From Pristiophorus japonicus (Eukaryota), in contig NC_091999.1 of the NCBI RefSeq assembly GCF_044704955.1, positions 40,672,001-40,736,000 of the forward strand: a stretch of DNA of 64,000 nt, in the 5' to 3' direction. Every line of letters begins with the position of its first letter. Positions within the stretch are counted from its first letter, which is position 1. This document shows, in pieces, positions 11,429 through 24,189 of this stretch. A model generated the notes under the pieces. It saw nothing but the letters and a program-made list of their open reading frames with translations, searched no databases and had not been told where the DNA came from. Position numbers and translations under genes: made by a program.

Positions 11429-11940
11429 ATTCTCAGCATTTTTCATTCCATTTTATAATTTAACCAGGTTTTGGCAAAACTGATCCTGAGATAGATGGAA
11501 TAACGTCCCACACCTTTCAACACTGACATTTTTTTCACATTTCTATTAGTCTGCAATATTCACGATACATACGGATAGAAAAATGCAAAAATCAGCCAAA
11601 GCAGTGACTCAGCCTGTCTATCCCTCGATATGTCAAAGGCATCTGTGCATGTCCGTTGGTGCATGTATATTTTTGTTTATGTGTGTGTGTTTGTGTGTGT
11701 GTTTCTGTGTCTGTCTATCTGTATATATGTCTCTGTGTATGTGCAACTGTCTGTGGAAATCATCACAGTCCTGGAACTTTTTCAAAAGACTTGGAGAAAA
11801 TAATACGGATGTGAACTTTTGCATTGGCTTTGGTTCAGTGGCAGCATTCTCGACGGAAAAACGCAAAAGCCAGCCAAAGCAGCGACAGTGACCCTGCCTG
11901 CCTATCCGTCTATTTGTCTAAGGCACTCTGTGTATATCTT

Positions 11941-12668
11941 GATCTGGGTGTCATGGTACATCTGTCATTGAAAGTGGGCATGCAAGCGCAACAGGCAGTG
12001 AAGAAGGAAAATGGCATGTTCGCCTTCATAGCTAGGTGCTTTGAATATAGGAGCAGGGAAGTCTTCCTGCAGTTGTACAGGGCCTTGGTGAAGCCACACG
12101 TTAAATATTTTGTTAGTTTTGGTCTCCAAATCTGAGGAAGGACGTCCTTGCTATTGATGGAGCACAGCGAAGGTTCACCAGCTTGATTCCAGGGATGGCA
12201 GGACTGACATATGAGGATAGACTGGATCAACTCTGCTGGTATCCACTGGAGTTTAGAAGAATGAGAGAGGATCTCATCGAAACATATCAAATTCTGACGA
12301 GATTGGACAAGTGAGAGGCAGGAAGAATGTTTCTGTTGCTGGGGAGTTCGAGAACCAGGGGTCACAGTCTCAGAATAAGGGGTAAGCCATTTAGGACCAA
12401 GATGAGGAGAAACAGCTTCATTCAGAGAGTGGTTAACCTGTGGAATTCTCTACCGCAGAAAGTTGTTGGAGCCAGTTCGTTAGATATATTGAAGAGGGAG
12501 TCAGATATGGCACTTACGGCTCAACGGATCAAGGGATATGGAGAGAAAGGAGGATATAGGTACTGAGGTTGAATGATCAGCCATGATTTTATTGAATCGT
12601 GGTGCAGGCTCGAAGGGCCGCATGGCCTACTCCTGCAACTAATTTCTATGTTTCTATGTTTCTATGTT
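11941..12668 (+). mobile_element. CR1 LINE 3' fragment carried in the tRNA unit
   Basis: Same 5' truncation point (gaYctgggtg) as the copy at 8668; (TTCTATGT)3 tail. Confidence 0.92.
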
Positions 12669-13185
12669 GATGCGTGTATATTTTTGGTTATTTTATGTGT
12701 GTGTGTGTCTGTGTATGTCTATCTGTATATATGTCTCTGTGTATGTGCAACTGTCTGTGGAAATCATCACCAAGAATTTGGTATGTCCTGGAACTTTTAA
12801 AAGAACTTGGGGAAAATAATACGGTTGTGATCTTTGTTATCGGCTTTGTTTCAGTGGCTCCATTCAAAAGGCCGAGTGTGTAAGTCCCTCTCCTGAGACT
12901 TGAGCGCATCATCTTGGCTGACACTCAAATGCATTACTTCGGGAATTTTGCATTGTTGAAGCTGTTGACCATCGGATGAAATGTGAAATTAAAGCTCCGC
13001 CTGCACCATCGGATGGATGTGAAAGGTCCCAGAGCATTACTCGAAAAAGAATAGGAGAGTTGCCCCGTGTCAATATCACGAAAAATGTTCGAAAATGCTC
13101 CCTGAAACCCTCTGTGTATGTGTGTGTCTGTGGGGGTGGAGTTGAAGCCCAAATTCTGACAGAGACAAAACCCATTTCTGCCCGG

Positions 13186-13268
13186 ACCAGGATGGCCGAG
13201 TGGTTAAGGTGTTGGACTTAAAATCCAATGGTTTTATAACTGTGTGGGTTCGAATCCCACTCCTGGTA
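13186..13268 (+). tRNA. tRNA-Leu(TAA) copy 5, the most intact tRNA in the array
   Basis: Perfect acceptor (ACCAGGA/TCCTGGT), anticodon (TTGGA/TCCAA) and T (GTGGG/CCCAC) stems; A and B boxes intact; internal TTTT in the variable arm. Confidence 0.9.
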
Positions 13269-14346
13269 ATTGTTTAATTAAACAGAAATTATTTCCCATG
13301 CTGCTCAGTGTTACCCGATTTAGATCTGTTGCATTTGCATGTTTCGGTGATACTCTGAGCAGATAATGAAATGTATCTGTGTCGCTCAGTCTCTGCCTCT
13401 CTCTTTCGAAAGCTGTGTCTGTGTTTGAGTCTTTGTCTCTCGAAGTCTGCCTCTGTCTCGTTCTCACTGTGTCCAATTCTGTTCCAAAGGGATTCTCTCT
13501 GTCTGACCGTCTCACTATTTCCCATCATCTCTGTCTGTGTTGGACCCTGTCTCTCGCCTGATGAGTCATTCCATCATTTTCTGTTCTTATTTCTGTGTGT
13601 GTCTCTCTCTCTCTATCTGTCTTTCTCTCTATCTGTCTCTGTCTTTTTCTTGTCATTCCATCACTATTTGCCTCCCTCTCTTTATGGCGCACGCAAACAC
13701 ATCTCTGTGTATGTAAGTGTTTGAGTCTTTGTCTCACTCAGTCTGACCCTCCCTCTCAGTCTAAAACTTTCTGTCTCTCTCTGTCTCTATCTCGCTGTCT
13801 GTCTCTCCCTGTTTCCCTGTTTGTCTCTGTCTCTCAATGTGTCTGTCTCTTTCTCACGGTGTCCAGTTCTGTTCGAATGGGATTCTCTCAATCACTCTGT
13901 CTGACTGTCTCTCTTTTTCCCATCATCTCTGTCTGTCTATGTTTCTGCCTATCTGTCTCTCTTTGCCTGTCGCTGTTAGTTCCTGTCTCTAACCTGCTGA
14001 GTATTTCCATCATTGTCTGTTTATATCTTTGTCTCTCTCTCTATCTGTCGCTCTCTCTCTATCTGTCTCTGTCCTTGTCACTGTCATTAACACTGTCTTT
14101 GTCTCACTCTTTCCCTCTCTCTCTTTATAGAGCACACACACATATCTCTGTATATGTATGTGTTTGAGTTTTTTCTCACTGCGTCTGCCTCTCCTTCTGA
14201 GTCTCACACTTTCTGTCTCTCGTTCTCTCTCTCTCGTTGTCTGTCTCTCCCTGTTTGTCGGTTTGTCTCTGTCTCTCAATGTGTCTCTCTACTTCTCATG
14301 GAGTCCAGTTCTCCTCACAGTTCGATTCCTGCTTTGACTAAACCCA

Positions 14347-14418
14347 CATTCATTTGTATAGTGCGTAGTATCCCGGCCTGTTATGTAGAAGACAGGGTTT
14401 CAATTCCCCAACGGACAG
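14347..14418 (+). pseudogene. tRNA-Asp-derived pseudogene
   Basis: GTATAGTG..AGTATCCC.GCCTGTTAT..TTCAATTCCCC.ACGG at the Asp position. Confidence 0.72.
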
Positions 14419-14606
14419 GAAGCTTTTTCAAAATGCAGGATTTTACTTCTGTTTCTTGGTATAGATTCATGTTAAAAAGTTCCAGTGCAATACAGAATAG
14501 TAAAAATACAGGAAGAGGAGATTTTTTTCAGAATTCTGTGTCATCTGCTGCAGAGAGGTGGATGACTGAGTTTTGTCTGAGTAACATTTAAATAAATAAC
14601 TAGTCA

Positions 14607-14688
14607 GTAGTCGTGGCCAATAGGTTACAGCGATGAGCTAGAAAATCCATCGTATTTTACCCCTGAAGGTCGAATCCTGCCGACTACG
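14607..14688 (+). pseudogene. tRNA-Ser(AGA) pseudogene
   Basis: GTAGTCGTGGCC..CTAGAAAATCCAT..TCGAATCCTGCCGACTACG with indels. Confidence 0.8.
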
Positions 14689-15442
14689 ATTCTCAGCATT
14701 TTTCATTCCATTTCACAATTTAACCAGGTCTTTGCAAAACTCAACCTGAGATTGATGGAATAACGTCCCACACCTTTCAAAACTGTCATTTTTAAAATAA
14801 TTTTAATTAAACTGTAATATTCACGATACTTACGTATAGAAAAACGCACAAATCAGCCAAAGTTGCGACAGTGATTCAGCCTGTCTATCCCTCTATATGT
14901 CGAAGACATCTGTACATGTCCGTTGGTGCGAGTATATTTTTGCCTATGTGTGTGTGTGTCTGTGTCTGTCTATCTGTATTTATATATATATCTGTGTATG
15001 TGCAACTGTCTGTATAAATCATCACCATGAATTTGGTATGTCATGGAACTTTTTAAAAAGATTTGATGAAAATAATACGGTTGTGAACTTTGGTATCGGC
15101 TTTGGTTCAGTGGCGGTATTCTCGACTGAATCAGGAGTTTGTGTGTTTAAGTCCCACTCCTGAGACTTGAGCAGATAATCTTGGCAGACACTCAAGTGCA
15201 GTACTTGGGGAATTTTGCATTGTTGAAGCTGTTGACTTTCAGAAGAAATTTTAAATTAAAGCTCCGTCTGCACCCTCGGGTTGATCACAGCATTACTCGA
15301 AAAAGAATAGGAGAGTTGCCCCCGTGTCAATATTACTAAAAATGTTCCTAAATGCTCACTGAAACCCGATGTGTATGTGTGTGTCTGTGGGGTGGAGTTG
15401 AAGCCCAGATTCTCACAGAGACAGAATCGAAACACTGGAAGG

Positions 15443-15524
15443 ACCAGGATGGCCGAGTGGTAAAGGCGTTGGCCTTAAAATTCAATGGGATTTTCCCACG
15501 AGATTTCGTACCCCACTCCTCGAA
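15443..15524 (+). pseudogene. tRNA-Leu(TAA) pseudogene, copy 6
   Basis: 5' half intact; T arm and acceptor 3' strand decayed. Confidence 0.82.
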
Positions 15525-15937
15525 TCTCTTTAATTTATCACTGATTTCCTCCCATGCTGATCAGTGATACCTGAGTTTCATCTGTTGAATCAACAATTTC
15601 TGTTACTCTGTGACACTCTGAGCCGATCATGAAATGAAATTGTGAAATGTATCTGTGTATCTCAGTCTCTGCCTTTCTGTCTTTAGAGAGCTGTGCATGT
15701 GTTTGTGTGCTTGAGTCTGAGTCTGCCTCTCTCTGACTCACTCTGTGCCTGTTTCTCTGTTTGTCTCTGTCTCTCAATCTGTCTCTTTCTCACGGTGCCA
15801 ACGTCTGTTCCAATAGGATTCTCTCAGAATCTCTGTCTGACTGTCTCTCTCTTTCCCATCATCTCTGCCCATGTCTTTGCCTGTCTCACTTTGTTCCTGT
15901 CTCTAACCTGATGAGTATTTTCATTATTTTCAGTTTT

Positions 15938-17864
15938 AGAAACATAGAAACATAGAAAATAGCTGCAGGATTAGGCCATTCGGCCCTTCGAGCCTGCGCC
16001 GCCATTCAATATGTTCATGGCTGACCATTCCTTCAGTTCCCCTTTCCTGCTTTCACTCCATACCCCTTCACCCCCTTATCCGTAAGGGCCATATCTAACT
16101 CCCTCTTGAATATATCCAATGATCTGGCATCAACAACTCTCTGCGGCAGGGAATTCCACAGGTCAACAACTCGCTGAATGAAGAAGTTTCTCCTCATCTT
16201 AGTGCTAAATGGCCTACCCCTTATCCTAAGACTATGTCCCCTGGTTCTGGATTTCCCGAAAATCGAGAACTTTCTTCCCGCATCGAACCTGTACAGTCCC
16301 GTCAGAAACTTATATTTTTCAATGAGATCCCCTCTCATCATTCTAAACGGCAGTGAATAAAGGCCCAGTTGATCCAATCTCTCCTCATATGACAGTCCTG
16401 CCATCCCTGGAATCAGTCTGTTGACAATATCGGACCGAGTCAGCATGGATTTATGAAAGGGAAATCATGCTTGATGAATCTTCTGGAATTTGTTGAGGAT
16501 GTAACGAGTAGAGTGGACAAGGGAGAATCAGTGGATGTAGTCAAGAGATTGGTGCACAAAGTCCAAGCGCATGGTATTGGGATTAATGCACTGACGTGAA
16601 TAGAGAACTGTTTGGCAACTGGTTTGCTGCACTCCCTCAATAGCAAGAACGTCCTTCCTCAGACTAGGAGACCAAAACTGAACACAATATACCAGGTCTG
16701 GCCTCACTAAGGCCTTGTACAACTGCAGTTAGGTCTCCCTGCTCCTATATTCAAATCCCCTAGCTATGAAGGCCAGCATACCATTTGCCTTCTTTACCGC
16801 CTGCTGTACCTGCAAGCCCACTCTCAGTGACTGATGAACCATGACACCCAGGTCTCGTTGCTCCTCCCCTTTTTCTAGTGTGCCGCCATTCAGATAATGT
16901 TCTGCCTTCGTGTTTTTGCCCCCAAAATGGATAACCTCACATTTATACACATTATACTGCATCTGCCATATATTTGCCCACTCACCTAATCTGTCCAAAT
17001 CACCCTGCAGCCTCTTAGCATCCTCCTCACAGCTCGCACCACCACCCAGTTTAGTGTTATCCGCAAACTTGGAGATATTACACTCTATTCCTTCAACCAA
17101 ATCGTTAATGTATATTGTAAAGAGCTGGGGTCCCAACACTGAGCCCTGCGGCACCTCACTAGTAACTGCCTGCCATTGTGAAAAGGACCTGTTTATCCCG
17201 ATTCTCTGCTTCCTGTCTGTCAACCAGTTCTCTATCCACGTCAGTACATTAATCCCAATACCATGCGCTTGGATTTTGTGCACCAATCTCTTGTGCGGGA
17301 CCTTGTCAAAAGCCTATTGAAAGTCCAAATACACCACATCCACTGGTTCTCCCTTGTCCACTCTACTTGTTACATCCTCAAAAAATTCCAGAAGATTCCT
17401 CAAGCATGATTTCCTTTTCATAAATCTATGCTGACTCGGTCCGATCCTGTCAGTGCTTTCCAAATGGGCTGCTATTTCATCCTTAATGATTGATTCCAAC
17501 ATTTTCCCCACTACTGATGCCAGGCTAACCGATCTATAATTAACCGCTTTCTCTCTCCCTCCTTTTTTAAAAAGTGCCATCACATTAGCTACCCTCCAGT
17601 CAATAGGAACTGATACAGAGTCGATAGATTGTTGGAAAATGATCACCAATGCATCCACTATTTCTAGGACCACTTCCTTAAGTACTCTGGGATGCAGACT
17701 ATCAGGACCCAGGGATTTATCGGACTTTATTCCCATCAATTTCCCTAACACAATTTCCCGCCAATAAGGATATCTTTCAGTTCCTCATTCTCACTAGACT
17801 CACAGTCCCCTCGTACATCTTCAAGGTTTTTTGTATCTTCCTTTGTAAAGACAGAACCGAATTA
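15938..17864 (-). mobile_element. 5'-truncated CR1 LINE (ORF2 RT and 3' UTR) with an internal inverted insert
   Basis: GPDSLHPRVLKE, DVVYLDFQ, VPQGSVLGP, KFADN motifs; (TTCTATGT)n tail at 15938-15957. Confidence 0.95.
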
Positions 17865-17916
17865 TTGTCTCGATCTCTCTCTATATCTGTCTTTCTCTCT
17901 ATCTGTCTCCCCCTTT

Positions 17917-20353
17917 GAACATAAGAACATAAGAACATAAGAATTAGGAACAGGAGTAGGCCATCTGGACCCTCGAGCCTGCCCCGCCATTCAATAAGAT
18001 CATGGCTGAACTGGTCGTGGATTCAGCTCCACTTACCCGCCCTCTCCCCGTAATCCTTAATTCCCTTATTGGTTAAAAATCTATCTATCTTTGACTTGAA
18101 AACATTCAATGAGCTAGCCTCAACTGCTTCCTTGGGCAGAAAATTCCACAGATTCACAACCCTCTGGGAGAAGACATTTTTTCTCAACTCGGTTTTAAAT
18201 TGACTCCTCCGCATTTTGAGGCTGTGTCCCCTAGTACTAGTCTCCCCGACCAGTGGAAACAATCTCTCTGCCTCTATCTTGTCTATCCCTTTCATGATTT
18301 TAAATGTTTCTCCAAGATCACCCCTCATCCTTCTGAACTCCAAGGAGTAAGGACCCAGTCTACTCAATCTTTCATCATAAGGTAACCCCCTCATTTCTGG
18401 AATCAGCCTAGTGAATCGTCTCTGTACCCCTTCCAAAGCTAGTATATCCTTCCTTAAGTAAGGTGACCAAAACTGCACGCAGTACTCCAGGTGCAGCCTT
18501 ACCAATACCTTATACAGTTGCAGCAAGACCTCCCTGCTTTTGTATTCCATCCCTTTCGCAATGAAGGCCAATATTCCATTTGCCTTCCTGATTACATGCT
18601 GCACCTGCAAACTAACCTTTTGGGATTCATGCACAAGGACCCCCAGGTCCCTTTGCACCACAGCATGTTGTAATTTCTCCCCATTCAAATAATATTCCCT
18701 TTTACTGTTTTTTTCCCAAGGTGGATGACCTCACTCTTTCCGACATTGTATTCCATCTGCCAAACCTTAGCCCATTCGCTTAACCTATGCAAATCTCCTT
18801 GCAGTCTCTCTGAGTTCTCTACACAACCCGCTTTCCCACTAATCTTAGTGTCATCTGCAAATTCTGTTGCACTACACTCTGTCCCCTCTTCTAGGTCATC
18901 TATGTATATTGTAAACAGTTGTGGTCTCAGCACTGATCCCTGTGGCACACCACTAACCACCGATTTCCAACCAGAAAAGGACCCATTTATCCCGACTTTC
19001 TGCTTTCTGTTCGCCAGCCAATTCTCTATCCATGCTAATACATTTCCTCTGACTCCGCGTACCTTTGTCTTCTGTAGTAACCTTTTGTGTGGCACCTTAT
19101 CCAATGCCTTTTGGAAATCTAAATACACCACATCCATCGGTACACCTCTATCCACCAAGCTCGTTATAGCCTCAAAGAATTCCAGTAAGGTAGTTAAACA
19201 TGATTTCCCTTTCATGAATCCATGCTGCGTCTGCTTGATTGCACTATTCCTATCTAGATGTCCCGCTATTTCTTCCTTATGATAGTTTCAAGCATTTTCC
19301 CCACTACAGATGTTAAACTAACCGGCCTATAGTTACCTGCCTTTTGCCTGCCCCGTTTTTTTAAACAGAGGCGTTACATTAGCTGCTCTCCAATCCGCTG
19401 GTACCTCCCCAGATTCCAGAGAATTTTGGTAGATTATAACGAATGCATCTGCTATAACTTCAGCCATCTCTTTTAACACCCTGGGATGTATTTCATCATG
19501 ACCAGGGGACTTGTCTACCTTCAGTCCCATTAGCCTGTCCAGCATTATTCCCCTAGTGATCGTGATTGTCTCAACATCCTCCCTTTCCACATTCCTGTGG
19601 CCTGCAAATTGTGACATTGTTTTTGTGTCTTCCACTGTGAAGACGGAAGCAAAATAATTGTTTAAGGTCTCAGCCATTTCCACATTTCCCATTATTAAAT
19701 CTCCCTTCTCATCATCTGAGGGACCAACATTTACCTTAGTCACTCTCTTCCGTTTTATATATCGGTAAAACTTTTACTATCTGTTTTTATATTTTGCGCC
19801 AGTTACTTTTGTAATCTATCTTTCCTTTCTTTATTGCTTTCTTAGTAATTCTTTGCTGTCATTTAAAATTTTCCCAATCTTGTAGTTTCCCACTAACCTT
19901 GGCCACCTTATACGCATTGGTTTTTAATTTGATACTCTCCTTTATTTCCTTGGTTATCCTCTGCTGGTTATCACTTCTCTTGCCGCCCCTCTTTTCACTG
20001 GAATATATTTTTTTTGCGCTCTATGAAAGAGGTCCTTAAAAGTCCTCCACTGTTCCTCAATTGTGCCACTGTTTAGTCCTTGTTTCCAGTCTACTTTAGC
20101 CAACTCTGCCCTCATCCCACTGTAGTCCCCTTTGTTTAAGCATCGTAACCTCGTTTCTGATACAACTTCCTCATCCTCAATCTGTATTACAAATTCAACC
20201 ATATTGTGATCACTCATTCCGAGGGGATCTTTTACGAGGAGATCGTTTATTTTTCCTGTATCATTACACAGGACCAGATCCTAGATGGCTTGCTCCCTTG
20301 TAGGCTCTGTTACATACTGTTCTAAGAAACAGTCCCGTATGCATTCTATGAAT
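17917..20353 (-). mobile_element. 5'-truncated CR1 LINE, second subfamily
   Basis: SDHN endonuclease end, KSPGHDEIHPRVLKE, YLDFQKA, PQGSVL, FADD motifs; (TTCTTATG)n tail at 17917-17942. Confidence 0.95.
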
Positions 20354-21077
20354 TATCTCTCTCATTGTCCCTGTCTTTGTCCCTGTCATTCCATCACTAT
20401 TTGCCCCTCTCTTTATGGAGCACACAAACACATCTCTGTATATGTATGTGTTTGAGTCTTTCTGTTATTCAGTCTGACCTTCCATCTCAGTCTCTAAGTC
20501 TCTGTTTCTCTTTGTCTCTATCTCGCTGTCTCTCTCTCCCTGTTTCCCTGTCTCTCAACTTATCTGTCTCTTTCTCACGATGTCCAGTTCTGTTCCAATG
20601 GGATTCTCTCAGTCTCTCTGTCTGACTGTCTCTCTCATTCCCATCATCTCTCTCTGTCCATGTCTCCACCTGTCTCTCTCTTTGCCTGTCTCTGTTAGTT
20701 CCTGTCTCTAACCTGCTGAGTATTTCCATCATTTTCTGTTTATATCTCTGTCTATCTCACTATCTGTCGCTCACTCTTTCTCGGTCTCTCTCTTTGTCAC
20801 TGTCTTTGTCACTGTCTTTCTCTCACTCTTTGCCTCTCTCTCTTTAAAGAGCACACACACACATCTCTGTATATGTGTGTGTTTGAGTCTTTTTCTCACT
20901 CAGTCTGCCTCTCCTTCTCAGTCTCATACTTTCTGTCTCACGTTGTCTCTATCTCGCTGTCTGTCTCTCCCTGTTTGTCGGTTTGTCTCTGTCTCTCAAT
21001 GTGCCTGTCGACTTCTCATGGTGTCCAGTTCTGTTCACAGCTCGATTCCTGCTCTAACAAAACAAATACGCGTCAGT

Positions 21078-21149
21078 TCCTCGTTCGTGTAGTAGTTAAT
21101 ATCCCTTCCTGTCACGCGTGAGGTCGGGGTTCAATTCGCTGACGAGGTT
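21078..21149 (+). pseudogene. tRNA-Asp(GTC) pseudogene
   Basis: TCCTCGTT..CCTGTCACGCG..GGGGTTCAATTC. Confidence 0.78.
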
Positions 21150-21588
21150 GGAGCTTTTTCAAAATGTTGCATATTACTTCAAAATGTCCTGGAACTTTAT
21201 AAAAAGACTTGGGGAAAGTAATACGGATATGAGCTTTGGTATCGGCTTTGTTTCAGTGGCAGCATTCTCCGCTGAATCATGAGGTTGTGTGTGTGAGTCC
21301 AACTCCTGAGACTTGAGCATATCATCTTGGCTGACACTCAAATGCAGCACTTGGGCAATTTTGCATTGTTGAAGCTGTTGACTTTCGGATGAAATGTTAA
21401 ATTGAAGCTCCGTCTGCACCCTCGGGTGGATATGAAAGGTCCCAGAGCATTACTCGAAAAAGAATAGGAGAGTTGCCCCTGTGTCAATATTACTATAAAT
21501 ATTTGAAAATGCCCATTAAAAACCTATGTCTGTGAGAGTGGATCTGCAGCCCATATTCTCACAGAGACAAAATCCGAATACTGACGAA

Positions 21589-21672
21589 ACCAGGATGGCC
21601 GAGTGGTTTAGGCGTTGGACGTAAAATCCAATGGGTGTATAGCAGCGTGGGTTCGATACCCCACTCTTGGTA
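21589..21672 (+). pseudogene. tRNA-Leu(TAA) copy 7
   Basis: ACCAGGATGGCCGAGTGG..TTGGACGTAAAATCCAA..GGGTTCGA; U33 changed to G and an extra base in the T loop. Confidence 0.82.
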
Positions 21673-21872
21673 AATCTTTAAATTGAAACCGATTTTCTCC
21701 CATCCTGCTCAGTAATGCGCGAATGTATTCTGTTGAATCTGTTCATGTCGATAACTTTATAGCATTCTCAACTGACAAAGAGATGGGGTTATGCAATGTT
21801 TCTGTGCCTCTCACTCTCTGTGTTAAGAGAGCTCTTTATGTGTTTGTGTTTGAGTCTGACTCACTCTGTCTG

Positions 21873-24189
21873 AGGAATTACGAGCTGAATTTAGGGAGCC
21901 TGGAGCTAAATTAACAAATAGGACATCAAAGGTAGCAATTTCAGGATAGCTACCACTGACACCTGCTAGTCAGAGTAGGAATCGCAGGATAGCTCAGATG
22001 AATGTGTGGTGCAGAATGGAGGGATTCAATTTCCTGGGACATTGGAACCGTTTCACGGGGAGCTGGGACCAGTGCAAACCGGACGCTCTGCACCTGGGCA
22101 GGACCAATGTCCACGGGGGAGAGTTTGCTCGTGTTGTTGGGGAGTGGTTAAACTAATATGGCAGTGGGATGGGAACCTATGCAGGGAGACAGAGGGAAGT
22201 AAAATGCGGGCTGAAAAGTAAATGTGGACGGCAGAGAAACCCAAGGCAAAAATAAAAAAGGGCCACATTGCAGCCAAATTATAAAGGGACAAGATGTGTC
22301 AAGATAACAAGCGTGAAGGCACTGTGCCTCAATGCGAGGAGTATTCGTAATAAGGTGGACAAATTAACTGCACAGGCAGCAATTAATGAATTTGATGTAA
22401 TTGGCATCACGGAGAAATGGCTCCAGGGTGACGAAGGCTGGTAACGCAACATCCAGGGATATTCACCAATCAGGGAGGATAGACAGAAAGGAAAAGGAGG
22501 TGGGGTGCCATTGCTGGTTGAAGAGGAAATTAACGCAATAGTAAGGAAGGACATTCGCGTGGATTCTGTGTGGGTGGAGCTGCGGAATATCAAAGGGAAG
22601 AAAACGCTAGTGGGAGTTGTGTATCAACAAACAATAGTAGTGAGTTTGGGGACAGCATCAAACAAGAAAGCAGGGATGTGTGCAATATAGGTACAGAAGT
22701 TATCATGGGCGACTTTAATCTATATATAGATTGTGCTAACCAAACTGGTAGCAATACGGTACAGGTGGATTTGCTGGAGTGTATTCGGGATGGTTTACTT
22801 GACCAATATGTCGAGGAACCATCTAGAGGGCTGGGCATCCTAGACTGGTTGATGTGTAATGAGAAAGGACTAATTAGCAATCTTGTTGTGCAGGTCCCCT
22901 TGGAAAAGAGTAACCATAATAAGGTAGAAATATTTGTTAATATGGAGAGTGAAACAATTAATTCTGAGACTGGGGTCCTGAACTGAAGGAAAGGTAACTT
23001 CGACGGTATGAGACATGAATTGGCTAGAATAGACTGGGAAATCATACTTAAAGGGTTGACGGCAGATAGGCAATGGAAAACATTTAAAATCACATGGATG
23101 AATTTCAACAATTGGACATCCCTGTCTGGAGTAAAAAAATAAAACGGGAAAGGTGGCTCAACCGTGGCTAACAAGGGAAATTAAGGATAGTGTTAAATCC
23201 AAGGAAGAGGCATATAAATTGGTCAGAAAAAGCATCAACCCGAGGACGGGGAGAAATTTAGAATTCAGCAGAGGAGGACAAAGGGTTTAATTCGGAGGAG
23301 GAAAATAGAGTATGAGAGGAAGCTTGCTGGGAACATAAAAACTTCTGTAGATATGTGAAGAGAAAAAGATTAGTGAAGGCAAACGTAGGTCCCTTGCAGT
23401 CAGATTCAGGTGAATTTATAATGGGGAACAAATAAATTGTAGACCAGTTGAACAAATACTTTGGCTCTGCATTCACGAAGGGAGGCATGCATAACCTTCT
23501 GGAAATAGTACGTGACCGAGGGGCTAGTGAGAAGGAGGAACTGAAGGAAATCCTTATTTGTGGGAAATTATGTTCGGAAAATTGATGGGACTAAAGGCAG
23601 CTGTACAGGGCCTTGGTGAGGCCTCACCTGGAATACTGTATTCAGTTTTGTTCTAATCTGAGGAAGGACGTTCTTTCTATTGAGGGAGTGCAGCGAAGGT
23701 TCACCAGACTGATTTCCGGGATGGCAGGACTGACATATGAGGAGAGATAGGATCGACTGGGTCTTTATTTACTGGAGTTTAGAAGAATGAGAGGGGACCT
23801 CAGAAACATAAAGTTCTGATGGGACTGGGCAAGTTAGACGCAGGAAGAACGTTCCCGATGTTGGGGAAGTCCAGAATAAGTGGTCACAGGCTAAGGACAA
23901 GGGATAAGCCATTTAGGACCGAGATGAGGAGAAACTTCTTCACTCAGAGAGTTGTTAACGTGTGGAATTCTCTTCCGCAGAACGTTGTTGATGCCAGTTC
24001 ATCAGATATATTCAAGAGGGAGTTGGATATGGCCCTTAAGGTAAAGGGATCAAGGGGTACGAAGCGAAAGCAGGAAAGGGGTACTGAGGTGAATGATCAG
24101 CCATGATCTTATTGAATGTTGGTGCAGGCTCGAAGGGGCGAATGGTCTATTCCTGCAACCTTTTTCTATGTTTCTATGTTTCTATGTTT
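21873..24189 (+). mobile_element. CR1 LINE: ORF1 esterase end, ORF2 endonuclease, large RT deletion near 23598, then 3' end
   Basis: LNARSI, IMGDFN and LDQYVEEP motifs, then an abrupt jump to LYRALVRPHLEY; (TTCTATGT)3 tail at about 24163-24189. Confidence 0.92.

Larger units (their letters stand above)
3660..21872 (+). repeat. Tandem tRNA gene array: unit of about 2.3-3.3 kb = Leu(TAA), CT-rich spacer, Asp(GTC), Ser(AGA), optional CR1 3' piece, truncated DeuSINE
   Basis: Leu copies start at 3800, 4916, 6803, 9906, 13186, 15443 and 21589 with homologous flanks (e.g. gaagcccagattctcacagag). Regular units repeat at 3103, 3280 and 2257 bp. Confidence 0.92.

Noticed and set aside
4013-21121. Many Ser/Leu/Cys-rich and Arg/Glu/Asp-rich ORFs
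   Set aside because: Translations of the CT-rich spacer of the tRNA array unit.
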